From Leucoraja ocellata (taxonomy: Eukaryota): 64,000 bases of DNA. The stretch is taken from assembly GCA_036785375.1 (NCBI GenBank), contig JAWMAR010000361.1, forward strand, positions 806,001-870,000, read 5' to 3'. Positions 49,351 to 61,657 of this stretch are shown one piece after another (positions within the stretch are counted from its first letter, which is position 1; each line of letters opens with the position of its first letter). The notes beneath the pieces are model-generated. The model worked only from the letters and a program-made list of their open reading frames with translations. It made no database searches and was not told the origin of the DNA. A program made the translations under genes and the position numbers.

Positions 49351-50280
49351 AAATTCTTTCATCTGTGGGGATAGAATCGCATGGAGTGTTTGCCTGTCTA
49401 TTGATCTACATATTGACTCAGTGCTCAAGTGTGGCTATTTTGCACTGAGAGGTTTGCAATACTTGAAACTAATCAGTGTGAGCACTGAACATTGAGTTCA
49501 TTATTGACCCTGCTACTTGCTCTCAATAAAACCTGGCCTTTAGAACTGGGCACTCTCCCAATTGGCAATCCAGTTGCACATGATTACATTATGATTTCAC
49601 TCTGTGTTAGCCAACAGTGGAACACACCTTCAGGCAACTCGGTTGAGAATATGGAGAGAATTACAAGGTTGGGAAGTGACCAAATGCACAATGAAGTATT
49701 GAGGAGGATTTTAAAAATAGACACAAGACTTATAAGGGAAAAATAATTTTCAATGATTTACCAAGTACCTAACGGAAGGTAGTTCCAATAAACGTACCCT
49801 AAATTTCATTGCTCTAGATATTTATAGAAGTATTGGGTAACACATTTAAAATGCCACATCTCCACAAGACCAGGACGTACAATTCCTTCCCTTCCCTAAA
49901 GATGCTGACTCTTTCCTGGGTTGGGACCTTGGGAAAAATCGCCCTCCATTTAACACAATTAAGGGGCCATTATCGATGTGGAAACATTGATGGTGAGTGT
50001 CAGCAAGCTAATCCACCACAGGGACCAACACAGCTGGGCCGGCCCATTTCTGTCCTCCTCTGTAAAGCATCGCAAGGGAGTGGTGGGGAACTCTGTGTGT
50101 CCCCCACCTCCCACCATCACCAAATCCCAGTCACAGGCAGCACGGCAGACGGATGTAGACGAACCCAGTCTGCACAGGATAGGATAGACTTTAGACTTGC
50201 ACAGTTCACTACTCACGAAATAAACTCACCCAACCTCTGTAATATAATCTACAACATCCCAATTTCATATTACTAAAATT

Positions 50281-50592
50281 AAGTTTAGTTTAGTTTAGTT
50301 TAGTTTAGAGATACCTTGCTGAAACTGGCCCTTCGGCCCACTGAGCCCGCGCGGACCAATGATCCCTGTACACTAGCTCTATTAGGGTCAATTTACACAT
50401 TCGGAACCATTTACAATGGGCAATTAACCTACAAACCTGTACATCTTTGGAGTATGGGAGGAAGCCGGAGCACCCGGAAAAAACCCCAGGCAGGTCATGA
50501 GGAGAACATGCAAACTCTGAAAAGACAGTACCCGTAGTCAGAATCGAACCCGGGTCTCTGGCGCTGTAAGGCAATTACCGCCCTACCGCCCA
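50281..50592 (-). mobile_element. V-SINE
   Basis: B box GGTTCGATTC, V-domain, (AAACT)5 tail. Confidence 0.9.
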
Positions 50593-50899
50593 TTTTTCAT
50601 GTTTCAAACTTTTTTTTGCCTTTGAAATGTTTAGAATTCAGTCCTTCAATTTCAAATCTAAAGGCAGGTGGGAAGGAATGTTGCTCATTTCTTTCCATAT
50701 AAATTGGATGAAAACCTCTCTGATTTATTCTTGCTGGTCAAATCTAACTCTAGTTAAGTCCATGTAAAGACCCTGAACAAGGTGTTGTGTATGTATGTTG
50801 GTTTGTGCCTCATGTATACTGGCTCCAGTACATCGCTGTAATTTGAAAGATGGAAGCATACTATTTTTTCACCTGGGTATCACATGGTTAAGTTAACGA

Positions 50900-51970
50900 T
50901 ATTGAATCTAAGCTTCCATTCTATTGACTCTGTATACATCTCACGCTGCTTTGGCAAGACCAGCAGCACAATCAAGGATGAGCCGCACCGTGGCCACTTC
51001 CTCTTCTTCTCTCTCCCATCGGGCAAAAGGTATAGAAGTGTGAAAACTAACACCTCCAGATTCACGGACAGTTTCTTCCCAGCTGTTATCAGGCAATTGA
51101 ACCATCCCACCACAACCAGAAAGTAGTGCTGAACTGCTATCTACATCGTTGTTGACCCTCGATCTATCCTTGATCAGACTTTGCTGGCTTTACCTTGCGC
51201 TAAACGTGATTCCCTTATCATGAATGAATAAATGAATAAATTGATACGTTTATTTGCCAAGAATTCACATACAAGGAATTGGCTCCGAGGATCCTCCAGT
51301 GCTTCTACGCAGCGGCGGTGGAAAGCATCTTGTCTGGGAACATTACCATCTGGTTTGGGAATTGCTCTGCCAAGGACAAGAAGGCTCTGCAGAGAGTAGT
51401 GCGTTCGGCCGAACGCACTATGGGAACTTCACTCACCCCCCTGCAGGAACTATACAACAGGAGGTGCAACTCCAGAGCAAATAAAATCATGGGAGACCCC
51501 TTCCACCCCTGCAACGGACTGTTCCAGCTGCTACGGTCAGGCAAACGCCTCCATTGCCATGCGGTGAGAACGGAGAGGTTGAGAAGGAGTTTCTTCCCAG
51601 AGGCAATTCGGACTGTAAACGCCTATCTCACCAGGGACTAACTCTACTGAACGTTTTTCCTTCTATTATTTATTATGTAAAAGAATATGTGTGTTATGAT
51701 TGTGTTTATAATTTGTTTGGTTGTTTTGTTGTTTGTCTTTTGCACAAAAATCCGCGAGCATTGCCACTTTCATTTCACTGCACATCTCGGATGTGTATGT
51801 GACAAATAAACTTGACTTGACTTGACTTGGCCTTGTATGATCTATACACTGGAAGTGTATCTGTACACTGTAAATGGCTCGATTATAATCATGTATTGTG
51901 TTTCTGCTGACTGATTAGCACGCAACAAAAGCTTTTCATTATATCTCGGTACATGTGACAATAAACTAAC
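50900..51970 (+). mobile_element. Nested Rex1/Babar LINE 3' ends (young insert ~51283-51828 with (ACTTG)n tail)
   Basis: ORF 51279..51641 FYAAAVESILSGNITIWFGNC..HPCNGLFQLLRSGKR; host ORF 50884..51126. Confidence 0.9.
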
Positions 51971-52867
51971 CAATATCAGTTCAATTCAGCTTGGAAACTT
52001 GACTGCCATAATGAGGGTGAGACCCTTGATATTCTAAGTTTGTCAGTTAATGTTACACACCTACAGTACAATTAGAAGAATACAATATACTACACAAGCT
52101 GAACATACTAACCTTTTGAACTGGCACAGAACAGTAAAGAAAGCAATTTAATATTTGTCCCAAGGGAAAGTGGGAAGTAGCGGTCAAGCTTTTTGAAACT
52201 GGTGATAAATCTTGACGAAGGGCAAGCTTAAAATAAAATATTGAGAACTTCCTTTTCGAACAAGGAATTTATAGTGTTACGTACATTAATTGGGTCTAAA
52301 GGTAGTTGGAACTAATGAGCGCTCATGTTTCATGATAGTCTCGGGCCCAGAGTAGTGGGATCGAGGACCAGAGGACATAGGTTCATATGTTCTGCATAGT
52401 TGGATGTATTTACCTTTGGAACCATTTACCTTTCCAACCTGGCTCTCGTGGTGTAAGCACCATGCTTAGGCTCGGCATAGAAAGGCTGACAGCTACAATG
52501 ACGGCTTCCCTTGATGGTCAGAGTCCCAGTTATACGTTACATTGCAGTACATTTCACACGCTGAGCACAGTGACCTTTCGAGTTCAAGCAGAACAATGAA
52601 GAAAACGGTTCAATATCTGACCTTTCACATAAAGAAATCCTCTCAGGAGAGCAGAATAATATCTCCACCACAAAAATATATGTTTTTAATGAAAGAACAC
52701 ACATGTGACTCTGAGAGCTGACACACCATTCCCATCCATGTAGCTGTCTGAACGTCTCTTAAACGTTATGATAGTACCTGCTTCAACTAACCTATAGTAT
52801 CTGACACACCATTCTGTACTGGAGTCAGATGGCTGAGGTTGAGAAGGAGGGAATTATAGAACACTTA

Positions 52868-53295
52868 AAGTCATAGTCACACAGCACAGAAACATGCCCT
52901 TCGGCCCAACATGCCCATGCAGACCGAGTGGCCCATCTGCATTTGTCCCACTTGCCTGCATTCTACAACATCCCTCTCCTGTCCATGTACCTGTCCAAAT
53001 GTATTTTAAATGTTGTTATAGTATCGGCCTCAATTGCCTCCTCTGGCAGCTCGTTCCATAAACCCACCAGCCTGTGAAAAGGTTGCCCCTCAGGTTCCTA
53101 TGAAATCTTTCCCCTTTCACCTTAAATGTATGCTCTCTGGTTCTTGATTCACTTATTCACGGTAAAAGATTCTGTGCAGTCACCCAATCTACTCCACGCG
53201 ATCTTATACACCTCCATAAGATCACCAAGGGATAAAGTCCTAGCGTGCCCAACCTCTCTCTGTAGCTCAGGCCACCAAGTCCTGGCAACATCCTC
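52868..53295 (-). mobile_element. CR1 3' end
   Basis: GDLMEVYKI remnant and (CTATGACT)-like tail. Confidence 0.8.
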
Positions 53296-53439
53296 ATTAA
53301 CATGGTTCAACCTGTACCAGAATGTTGCATTAGGCCAGCAATCCATGCCAGGCTCCAAGTACCCAGTGCCCCACTGCACCAACACACAACAGAGGGTAGG
53401 GGAATTCCTACCATTGAGGACTGTGATGTTTGTAATGTC

Positions 53440-53665
53440 AATAGACACAACATGCTGGAATACCAAAATGCTGGGCAGGTAGCATCTCTGGGGAGAAACA
53501 AATGGGTGACGTTTCGGGTCGAGACCCCTCTCAGTCTGAAGAAGGGTCTCAACCCGAAAGGTCACCTATTCCTTCTCTTCAGAGATGTTGCCTGTCCTGC
53601 TCAGTTACTCCAGAATACTGTGTCTATCTTCAGTGTAAACCAGCATCTGCAGTTCCTTCCTGCAC
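53440..53665. mobile_element. PLE-derived fold-back unit
   Basis: GACGTTTCGGGTCGAGACCC..CTGAAGAAGGGTCTCAACCCGAAA inverted arms. Confidence 0.85.
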
Positions 53666-54042
53666 AGTCAGTAATGTAATCCTGTATTTAGCATGCGACA
53701 ATGTCCTTTTAGTGTTGATTCCATCAACGCTCTCATTTCTGAGGCTAATATAAGATCAGATTTATACACATACACGCAGAAACACATCTTCCATGCCACA
53801 TCCTCTATATCAGATGTATATGATACATATGTATAATTATACAAATTACACCAGTATAATATCATCATACTATGATATTATATATAATGCAAATATCGCT
53901 GATTTCAATTGCAGTATTTGGAAATTTGTCAGAAAGAGCAAATTTAATACAGTTCATGTTGGAAATCCTCATGATGCCTTTGGAATATAAGTTTCATCTG
54001 CAGCTTGGACTGGTATCAGAGTGTAACAATACATTTTGCTTT

Positions 54043-54264
54043 GGAAGAAACTACAGATGCTGGTTTCTTCCCCAAAATAGACACAAAATGCTGGAGTAAC
54101 TCAGTGGGTCAGGCAGTATCTCTGGAGGAAAGGAATGGGCGACGTTAAGGGTCAAGACCCTACTTCACTCTAAAGTCGGGTCTCGACCCAAAACATCACC
54201 TATTCCTTTTCTCCAGGGATGCTGCCTGACCCGCTGAGTTACTCCAGCATTTTGTGTCTATCTT
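54043..54264. mobile_element. PLE-derived fold-back unit
   Basis: 16-bp TSD CAATACATTTTGCTTT at 54027-54042 and 54265-54280. Confidence 0.9.
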
Positions 54265-54502
54265 CAATACATTTTGCTTTCTTGGTCAGAACAATGAGTG
54301 GGGAACTTTTCACACAAACTGCTCCATGTGGTAAAAGTCACAGATGTTAATTACCCTAAATGAAATGTCAACCAGTCCTCCTTTTAATGTCTTCTCCTCA
54401 CATCCTCTTCACTTGTTCCTCGATTTCCTGATACCATTGTCTGTCGACATGTTAGTCTTTTACTCAGCCATTCCTTGTCCCTCATCAAACCAATCATCCC
54501 CT

Positions 54503-54692
54503 GTGCAGAGAGGGACTGAAGATAGACACAAAATACTGGAGTAACTCAGCGGGACAGGCAGCAGCTCTGGATAAAAGAAATGGGCGACGTTTCGGGTCTG
54601 AAGAAGGGTCTCAACTTGAAACGTCACCCATTCCTTCTAACCAGAGATGCTGCCTGTCCTGCTGAGTTGCTCCAGCATTTTGTGTTCATCTT
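54503..54692. mobile_element. PLE-derived fold-back unit
   Basis: 12-bp TSD CAATCATCCCCT at 54491-54502 and 54693-54704. Confidence 0.9.
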
Positions 54693-54743
54693 CAATCATC
54701 CCCTATTTAGTTGTTTGAGAATTGGTTGAGATTCTTTGGCTAC

Positions 54744-54774
<31 letters not shown>

Positions 54775-55557
54775 AAATCCATGTCCAGCTCCAAGCCAAG
54801 AGGTCGGGCTACTTACCCTTTTAAAGTCTGAGATTAGATTTGTATCATCCCCTATTTCTTGTCTCTGCATTGATCATTGCATGTATCCACAATACTGTAA
54901 ATATTTAAAATTTATTCCATTAGTAACTCCATACATATTTATTGTTAAAGAGAGCTGTATATAGTAAATCAGATCAGGTAAGTAGTGCATTTCAAAATGT
55001 CCGAAATTGTGTTTGTTATCTCCTGACGTTTAATGACTACAGACTATTCAAGTCATGCGTTATGAATGCGCTCTTCATTTGCTGAAGATAGATAGCCTTA
55101 TTTAAGATAACATCAGTGCACTCTTTTGAATGCCTCTTAGCACTGTATTGCATTAGCTGGATGGGTTTCCCCATTTTGTTTACGTTCTGATTGTCTGAGA
55201 GGAGAATTAGTGGCTTTAAAAAGGACTGAGAGCAAACATCTGCTTCAAAAGTCAGCAGGCCATTAATTCCCAAACACAAACATACTGGGGCATGAGAAAC
55301 TGTCCGTCAGTCTCCTCAAGTACTTAGTTAATCGCAGTTAATGTAACTTCTAATGGTCACTGCTGTTTGAAGAGCTCATGTCTACAAACACTGCCTGAAA
55401 GGGGCTGAGAGTTGTTGCTTGGTCCTGACCCAGAAAACCACCGGTCATGAACTGTGGACTGCCCAGGTAATAGCCCGGGAACAATCTTCAATCAAACATG
55501 AATTCACACACCTTAACTGGTGATTAGACTTCCTCAGCCTGATCTGAGACTACTGGG

Positions 55558-55752
55558 TGTGTAGGAAGGGACTTCAGATGCTGCTTTAAACCAAAGATAG
55601 ACATAAAAACCTGGAGTAACTCCATGGGTCAGGCATAATCTCTGGAGAAAAGGAATAGGTGAAGTTTTTTCGAGGATCTCGAGCCAAAATGAAATTTCTC
55701 CAGAGATGCTGTCTGACCCGCTGAGTTACTCCAGCTTTTTGTGTCTATCTTC
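55558..55752. mobile_element. PLE-derived fold-back unit
   Basis: Inverted arms; diverged TSD TCTGAGACTACT/TCTGAGATTGCT. Confidence 0.75.
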
Positions 55753-55805
55753 TGAGATTGCTAGAGCTGTGTTAGTAAGGCCGCCCTCTTTTACGTCTGA
55801 CTCAC

Positions 55806-55826
55806 CTGAATTGCTGCAAATGAACA
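55806..55826 (-). CDS. Candidate 21-nt microexon TGTTCATTTGCAGCAATTCAG
   Basis: Minus: TTAAC branch-like site, TTTTCTTCC tract, GTGCAG| and consensus donor CAG|GTGAGT; frame-preserving. Confidence 0.3.
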
Positions 55827-56109
55827 CTGCACAGTGTTTGTGGAAGAAAATGTTAAGCAAACATCCAACCAAAAGTCAAATGACATCATGGAGTGAGTGA
55901 AGAGAACTGCGAGGCTTAACATGTCTGTACATATCTGAACATTAGTTTCCATTCAAAGTGAAATAACTTTCAAAATATCTGCTTTGGACAGAAGTGCCAC
56001 TTAAAGCTTTCCTCTGTACCTTGGTACATGTCATAGTAATAAACCATTTAAACCTAACCCTCATTAGAATTGAGTGAGTTACAGCAGATTTGCAGGGCTG
56101 GAAGGACAC

Positions 56110-56700
56110 AGACTTTAGACTTTAGAGATACAGCTCAGAAACAGGCCCTTCAGCCCATCGAGTCTGCGCTGACCAGTGATCACCATGTACACTAACACTG
56201 TCCTACACACTAAGGACAATTTATCATTTTACTGAAGTCAATTGACCTACAAACCTGTACGTCTTTGAGTCTGTGGGTGTAAACTTAAGGATAAGGGGGA
56301 AATCCTTTAAAACCGAGATGAGAAGAACTTTTTTCACACAGAGAGTGGTGAATCTGTGGAACTCTCTGCCACAGAGGGTAGTTGAGGCCACAGTTCATTG
56401 GCTATATTTAAGAGGCAGTTAGATGTGGCCCTTGTGGCTAAGGGGATCAGGGGGTATGGAGAGAAGGCAGGTACGGGATACTGAGTTGGATGATCAGCCA
56501 TGATCATATTGAATGGCGGTGCAGGCTCGAAGGGCCGAATGGCCTCTACTCCTGCACCTAATTTCTATGTTTCTATGTCTATGTTAAACAGCACCCGGAG
56601 AAAGCCCACGTGGATAGCAAACAAACTGTGTTCAGACAACACCTGTGGTCAGGATCGACCTCGGGTCTCTGGCACTGTAAGGCAAGATCTCTACTGCTAC
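56110..56700. mobile_element. V-SINE (minus) interrupted by young CR1 3' end (plus, ~56284-56582)
   Basis: SINE halves either side of CTTAAGGATAAGGGG..TTTCTATG. Confidence 0.85.
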
Positions 56701-57308
56701 CCCGGTCTGGACCACACTCAACCAATCCCACCACTGATTTTTCGGCAGGGGATATGGTCAGTCAATGTGTCGGACTTTATTAGCAGTAAATGCAAGCACT
56801 GGACTGTCATTTCATGACCAGGAGTTATGGAACTAAATCTAACACATTCCAGCTGGATACTGTCTGTGTAAACAAAGGCAACAGGACAGAAGCACAGGGT
56901 GTGGGGAGCTGCAGTACAAAGCCCAAGAACAGTCAGATCTCTCTCCTCCAATTACCAATATCTAGTGAATGGACATTAGCTTATGATCAATTGGAAGCTC
57001 ACGTTCATACCTGCCCTCGCCTTACTGTCGAAGATGGAAGAAGCAAAATGCTGGAGTAACTCAGCGGGACAGTAACTCAGTTACTCCGGCATTTTGTATC
57101 TATCTTCGGTGTAAACCAGCATCTGCAGTTCCTTCCTACACTCCCCTTACTGCCATCTGAAAAGGAAATTCATAACTGATCATGTGTTTTCATCTGATCA
57201 CATGAAGTGAGAGTCTCTGCCAGGTATTGAGTGGAGGAGAGCAAGAGGTGCCAGCTAAAGGGGAATAATGGGGTGATCTTAATGAAGAGATGAGGCGTAG
57301 CACTCATG

Positions 57309-57903
57309 TAGAAACATAGAAACATAGAAATTAGGTGCAGGAGTAGGCCATTCGGCCCTTCGAGCCTGCACCGCCATTCAATATGATCATGGCTGATCAT
57401 CCAACTCAGTATCCCGTACCTGCCTTCTCTCCATACCCTCTGATCCCCTTAGCCACAAGGGCCACATCTAACTCCCTCTTAAATATAGCCAATTAACTGG
57501 CCTCAACTACCCTCTGTGGCAGAGAGTTCCAGAGATTCACCACTCTCTGTGTGAAAAAAGTTCTTCTCATCTCGGTTTTAAAGGATTTCCCCCTTATTCT
57601 TAAGCTGTGACCCCTAGTTCTGCACTTTCCCAACATCGGGAACAATCTTCCTGCATCTAGCCTGTCCAACCCCTTAAGAATTTTGTAAGTTTCTATAAGA
57701 TCCCCTCTCAATCTCCTAAATTCTAGAGAGTATAAACCAAGTCTATCCAGTCTTTCTTCATAAGACAGTCCTGACATCCCAGGAATCAGTCTGGTGAACC
57801 TTCTCTGCACTCCCTCTACGGCAATAATGTCCTTCCTCAGATTTGGAGACCAAAACTGTACGCAATACTCCAGGCGTGGTCTCACTAAGACCCTGTACAA
57901 CTG
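57309..57903 (-). mobile_element. Young CR1 3' fragment
   Basis: ORF 57493..57900, 135 aa open. Confidence 0.95.
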
Positions 57904-58149
57904 TAACAGTGCAGATGCATCAGTAACAACGCACAGAGGGCTGTCGGGATTGGATGTGAATGCTATAGGATTGTACCCCAGCCTGTCTTATTAATCAGCA
58001 GCCACTCTGCAAGCTCTTAAAGCAGAAGGCCAGAAGAATTTTTTAAAAGGAAATAAATCCAGTTTAGTTCGTAAAGATGGAAAAATATCAATAAATATCA
58101 ATCAATCAATAAGTGGCAATAATCAGCATCTGTGTAGTGAGAATGTGTA

Positions 58150-58463
58150 GGGACAAGGGGTCACAGCTTAAGGATAAAGGGGAAATCCTTTAAAACCGAG
58201 ATGAGAAGAACTTTTTTCACACAGAGAGTGGTGAATCTCTGGAACTCTCTGCCACAGAGGGTAGTTGAGGCCAGTTCATTGGCTATATTTAGGAGGGAGT
58301 TAGATGTGGCCCTTGTGGCTAAGGGGATAGGGGGTATGGAGAGAAGGCAGGTACGGGATACTGAGTTGGATGATCAGCCATGATCATATTGAATGGCGGT
58401 GCAGGCTCGAAGGGCCGAATGGCCTACTCCTGCACCTAATTTCTATGTTTCTATGTTTCTATG
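58150..58463 (+). mobile_element. Young CR1 3' end
   Basis: Near-identical to 31116-31434. Confidence 0.95.
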
Positions 58464-58490
58464 AATGCTGGAGAACTGATAGAGGGAAAT

Positions 58491-58702
58491 GAAGTGTTTA
58501 AGAAGGAACTGCAGATGCTGGAAAATCGAAGGTAGACTAAAATGCTGGAGAAACTCAGTGGGTGCAGCAGCATCTATGGAGCGAAGGAAATAGGCAACGT
58601 TTCGGGCCGAAACCCTTTGGGTTTCGACCCGAAACGTTGCCTATTTCCTTCGCTCCATAGATGCTGCTGCACCCGCTGAGTTTCTCCAGTAATTTTGTGT
58701 AC
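58491..58702. mobile_element. PLE-derived fold-back unit, second subfamily
   Basis: 9-bp TSD GAGGGAAAT at 58482-58490 and 58703-58711. Confidence 0.9.
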
Positions 58703-58832
58703 GAGGGAAATAAAGAAATGGCAGAGGAATTGAATAGGTTTTTTGCATCAGTCTTCACAGTGGAAGATACCAGCAACATGCCTGAAATTCAAGAGCCAAG
58801 GAGGGGAAGTTAGTGAAGCAACTATCACAAAA

Positions 58833-59961
58833 AAGTTCAAGTTCAAGCTCACCTTTATCACTAAACTTATTTCTACCTTGGGAACTTCTTTACTCAGAGA
58901 GTGGTGGCTGTGTGGAATGAGCTTCCAGTGAAGGTGGTGGAGGCAGGTTCGTTTTTATCATTTAAAAATAAATTGGATAGTTATATGGACGAGAAAGGAA
59001 TGGAGGGTTATGGTCTGAGCGCAGGTATATGGGACTAGGGGAGAATACGTGTTCAGCACGGACTAGAAGGGTCGAGATGGCCTGTTTCCGTGCTGAAATT
59101 GTTATATGGTTATATGGTTATATGGTTATTGCCACATGCACCGATTAAGGTACAGTGGAATATGATTTACCATGCAGCCATACAAACAAAAGAGCACAAT
59201 ACACAATAGAACATAACATGAACATCCACCGCAGTGGAATCAACATTCTTCACTGTGGTGGAAGGCCATAACGTTCAGTCAGTCCTCCTCCTTTGTTCAT
59301 CCGTGGTCGGGGCCATGAACCCTCCACAGTCGCTGCTACGGAAGGCTCGATGTACAGGTCCTCTCGTTGGGATGCTCGAAACTCCGACGTCGGGACGGAC
59401 GGACACGCCGCGGCTTGGAGGTTCCAAATCGGCCGCTTCCTACTGGAGACTGGGGCTTCACGATGTCATAGGCCGCAGGCCGGCGGCTGGAGCTCTTCTC
59501 CAGCGATCCCCGGCCGGCAAGGGATCGCCCGGCTCCTCGATGGAAATTCCACGCCGTGCCCGCGGCTGGAAGCTCCGCAGACAGCGGCTTCAGGATGTTG
59601 TAGTCCACGGGCCAGCGGTCAGAGCTTTTCTCCAGCGAGCCCCAACAAGGGATCGCCCGGCTCCTCGATGGAAAGTCTGCGCTGCGCCCGCTGCTGAAGC
59701 TCTAGGCCCCGACCTGGGATCATGGGAGAGACCGCACCAATCCAAGCTGTTAGGCTGAGAAGGAGGGCAAAATGCAACAAGGATTAAAGTCGCATTCCAC
59801 CGAGGTAAGTGGCTAAAAAACAGTCTCCCCAATTCCCGCCCCCACCCCCCCCCCCCCCCCCTACACTTAAACACACTTTTAGACTTTTACTAAAAACAAA
59901 CAAAAAAAAGTTGAAAAGACGAACAGCTGCTGGCGAGGCTGCCGGCTCACGGCGCCACCTG
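58833..59961 (-). mobile_element. GC-rich non-autonomous retroelement, with a CR1 3' end (~58880-59128, plus) inserted in its tail
   Basis: 5' end AGGTGGCGCCGTGAG; shared hairpin motif at 59226-59261; (CTTGAA)n tail at ~58833-58845; internal direct repeat. Confidence 0.7.
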
Positions 59962-60384
59962 GTGTTAGGAAGCTGAATGGTCTGAAGGTGGAGAAGTCAC
60001 CTGGACCAGATGGACCGCACCTCAGGGGTTGTGAAAGAGGTGACTTCAGAGATTGTGGAGGCTTTAGTTGTGATCTTTCAAGAATCACTAGAGTCAGGTG
60101 TGGAGGACCAAGTATTGTAGAGAAAGCAGGGGCTCCGCATAAGGACTTGGACAGGTTGGGAGAGTGGCAGATGGAATACAGCGTAACAAAGTGTGGATTC
60201 CTACATTTTGGTAATAGGATTCAAGAGTAGACTGGAATAAAGTAGACTATTTTCTAAATGGGGAAATTCAGAAATCAGAGGTGCAAAGGGACTTGAGAGT
60301 ATTGGTGCAGAATTCTCAAAAAAGTTAATTTGCAAGTCGAATTGTTAGTGAGGAAGGCGTATGCATTTATTTTGAGAGGAGTAG

Positions 60385-60930
60385 TCCATTCGGCCCTTCG
60401 AGCCAGCACCGCCATTCATTATGATCATCGCTGATCATCCTAAATACCCCGTCCTACTTTCTCCCCATATCCCCCCTTGATTCTGTTAGCCCTAAGAGCT
60501 ATATCTAACACTCTCTTGAATACATCCAGTGAATTGGCCTCCACTGCCTTCTGTGACAGAGAATTCCACAGATTCTCAACTCTCTGGGTGAAAACGTTTT
60601 TTTTTCTCAACTAAGTCATTTAAACTGTGATCCCTGGTTCTGGATTCCCCCAACATCGGGAACATTGTTCCTGCATCTAGCCTGTTCAATCCCATAAGAA
60701 TTTTATATGTTTATACGAAATTGTGGAATTCCTTGCCACAGAGGGCAGTGGAGGCCAAATCACTGGATGGATTTAAGAGAGAGTTCGATAGAGCTCTAGG
60801 GACCAGTGGAATCAGGGATATGGGGAGAAGGCAGGCACGGGTTATTTGATTGGGGAGGGTCAGCCATGATCACAATGAATGGTGGTGCTGGCTCGAAGGA
60901 CCAAATGGCACCTATTTTCTATGTTTCTAT
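60385..60930. mobile_element. Back-to-back CR1 3' ends (minus ~60385-60712, plus ~60718-60930)
   Basis: Both carry the GGCTCGAAGG stem region; plus copy ends TTTCTATGTTTCTATG. Confidence 0.85.
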
Positions 60931-61049
60931 GATATTAGTGTACTAAAAGAACAGTTTTTTTTAAAGCTGTTCCTGCCCAATATGGAAATGCAAGCTTCAT
61001 TGCAGAAAGCCACTCTCCTGGATGTAAACATGCCCGCTGAGCTGCTCAC

Positions 61050-61178
61050 CATGGCAGCACCAGAAGTTGCAAAGGTTCTTTGTGGCTCGACTAAATTTGG
61101 CATCACCCTGGTGGGGTCACCAGGAATATTGGGCCCAGTCCCATTGTATAAGTGGAGACTGCTCCATTGGTATTGCAC
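61050..61178 (-). CDS. Candidate exon (129 nt, phase 0-0), VQYQWSSLHLYNGTGPNIPGDPTRVMPNLVEPQRTFATSGAAM, or a 5' UTR exon ending in a start ATG
   Basis: Acceptor GCTAATATTTTCCAG|G, donor GCCATG|GTGAGC; only frame 0 open. Confidence 0.45.
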
Positions 61179-61657
61179 CTGGAAAATATTAGCTGCAACC
61201 CATGTTCTGAAAGTTTGAGTTTGTTTTTCAAACACTGGGGTAGACTGGGCTCTTTTACTAAACCTTCTATACTTTCCCTGGTTCCCTCCAGCTCATATAT
61301 TCTCTGACAGCTTTGACAGCCTGACCTTTCAAATATAACATATTGATTTATCTTCTGCTTCAAAATTCTAACCGACATATTTTTAAGTTATCTTGGGGGA
61401 CTGAGTCACACAGGGATCCTACAGTTTTCTGATGCTTTTTACAGGACAGCTTTATGTTATAGATTAATAAAACTATTATCCTGGAGGAGGTAGAAATGGC
61501 CACATTCTTAAAATCACTGTCAGCCCTTATGGCGGTGAAATTAGGAAGCATTTCATAAACGCAAGGTAGGAAATTGAAGCTCACTTTCTGTTAGATGTTG
61601 GCACAGTTAAAATGCTTTGGATTTTAAAATCTTATATTCCCTCTAATTGAAGGAGCC

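Larger units (their letters stand above)
58464..60380 (+). mobile_element. Older CR1 ORF2 host fragment carrying three nested insertions
   Basis: GNKEMAEELNRFFASVFTVED (58703-58833) resumes as VL..LNGLKVEKSPGPDG at ~59962. Confidence 0.8.

Noticed and set aside
49833-50276. 147-aa ORF and overlapping ORFs
   Set aside because: Non-ATG start, no recognisable domain and no convincing acceptor/donor pair.
54817-54827. 11-nt minus-strand microexon with GTAAGT donor
   Set aside because: No polypyrimidine tract and frameshifting.
59234-59874. 174-aa and 134-aa ORFs
   Set aside because: Inside the GC-rich repeat; no recognisable domain.
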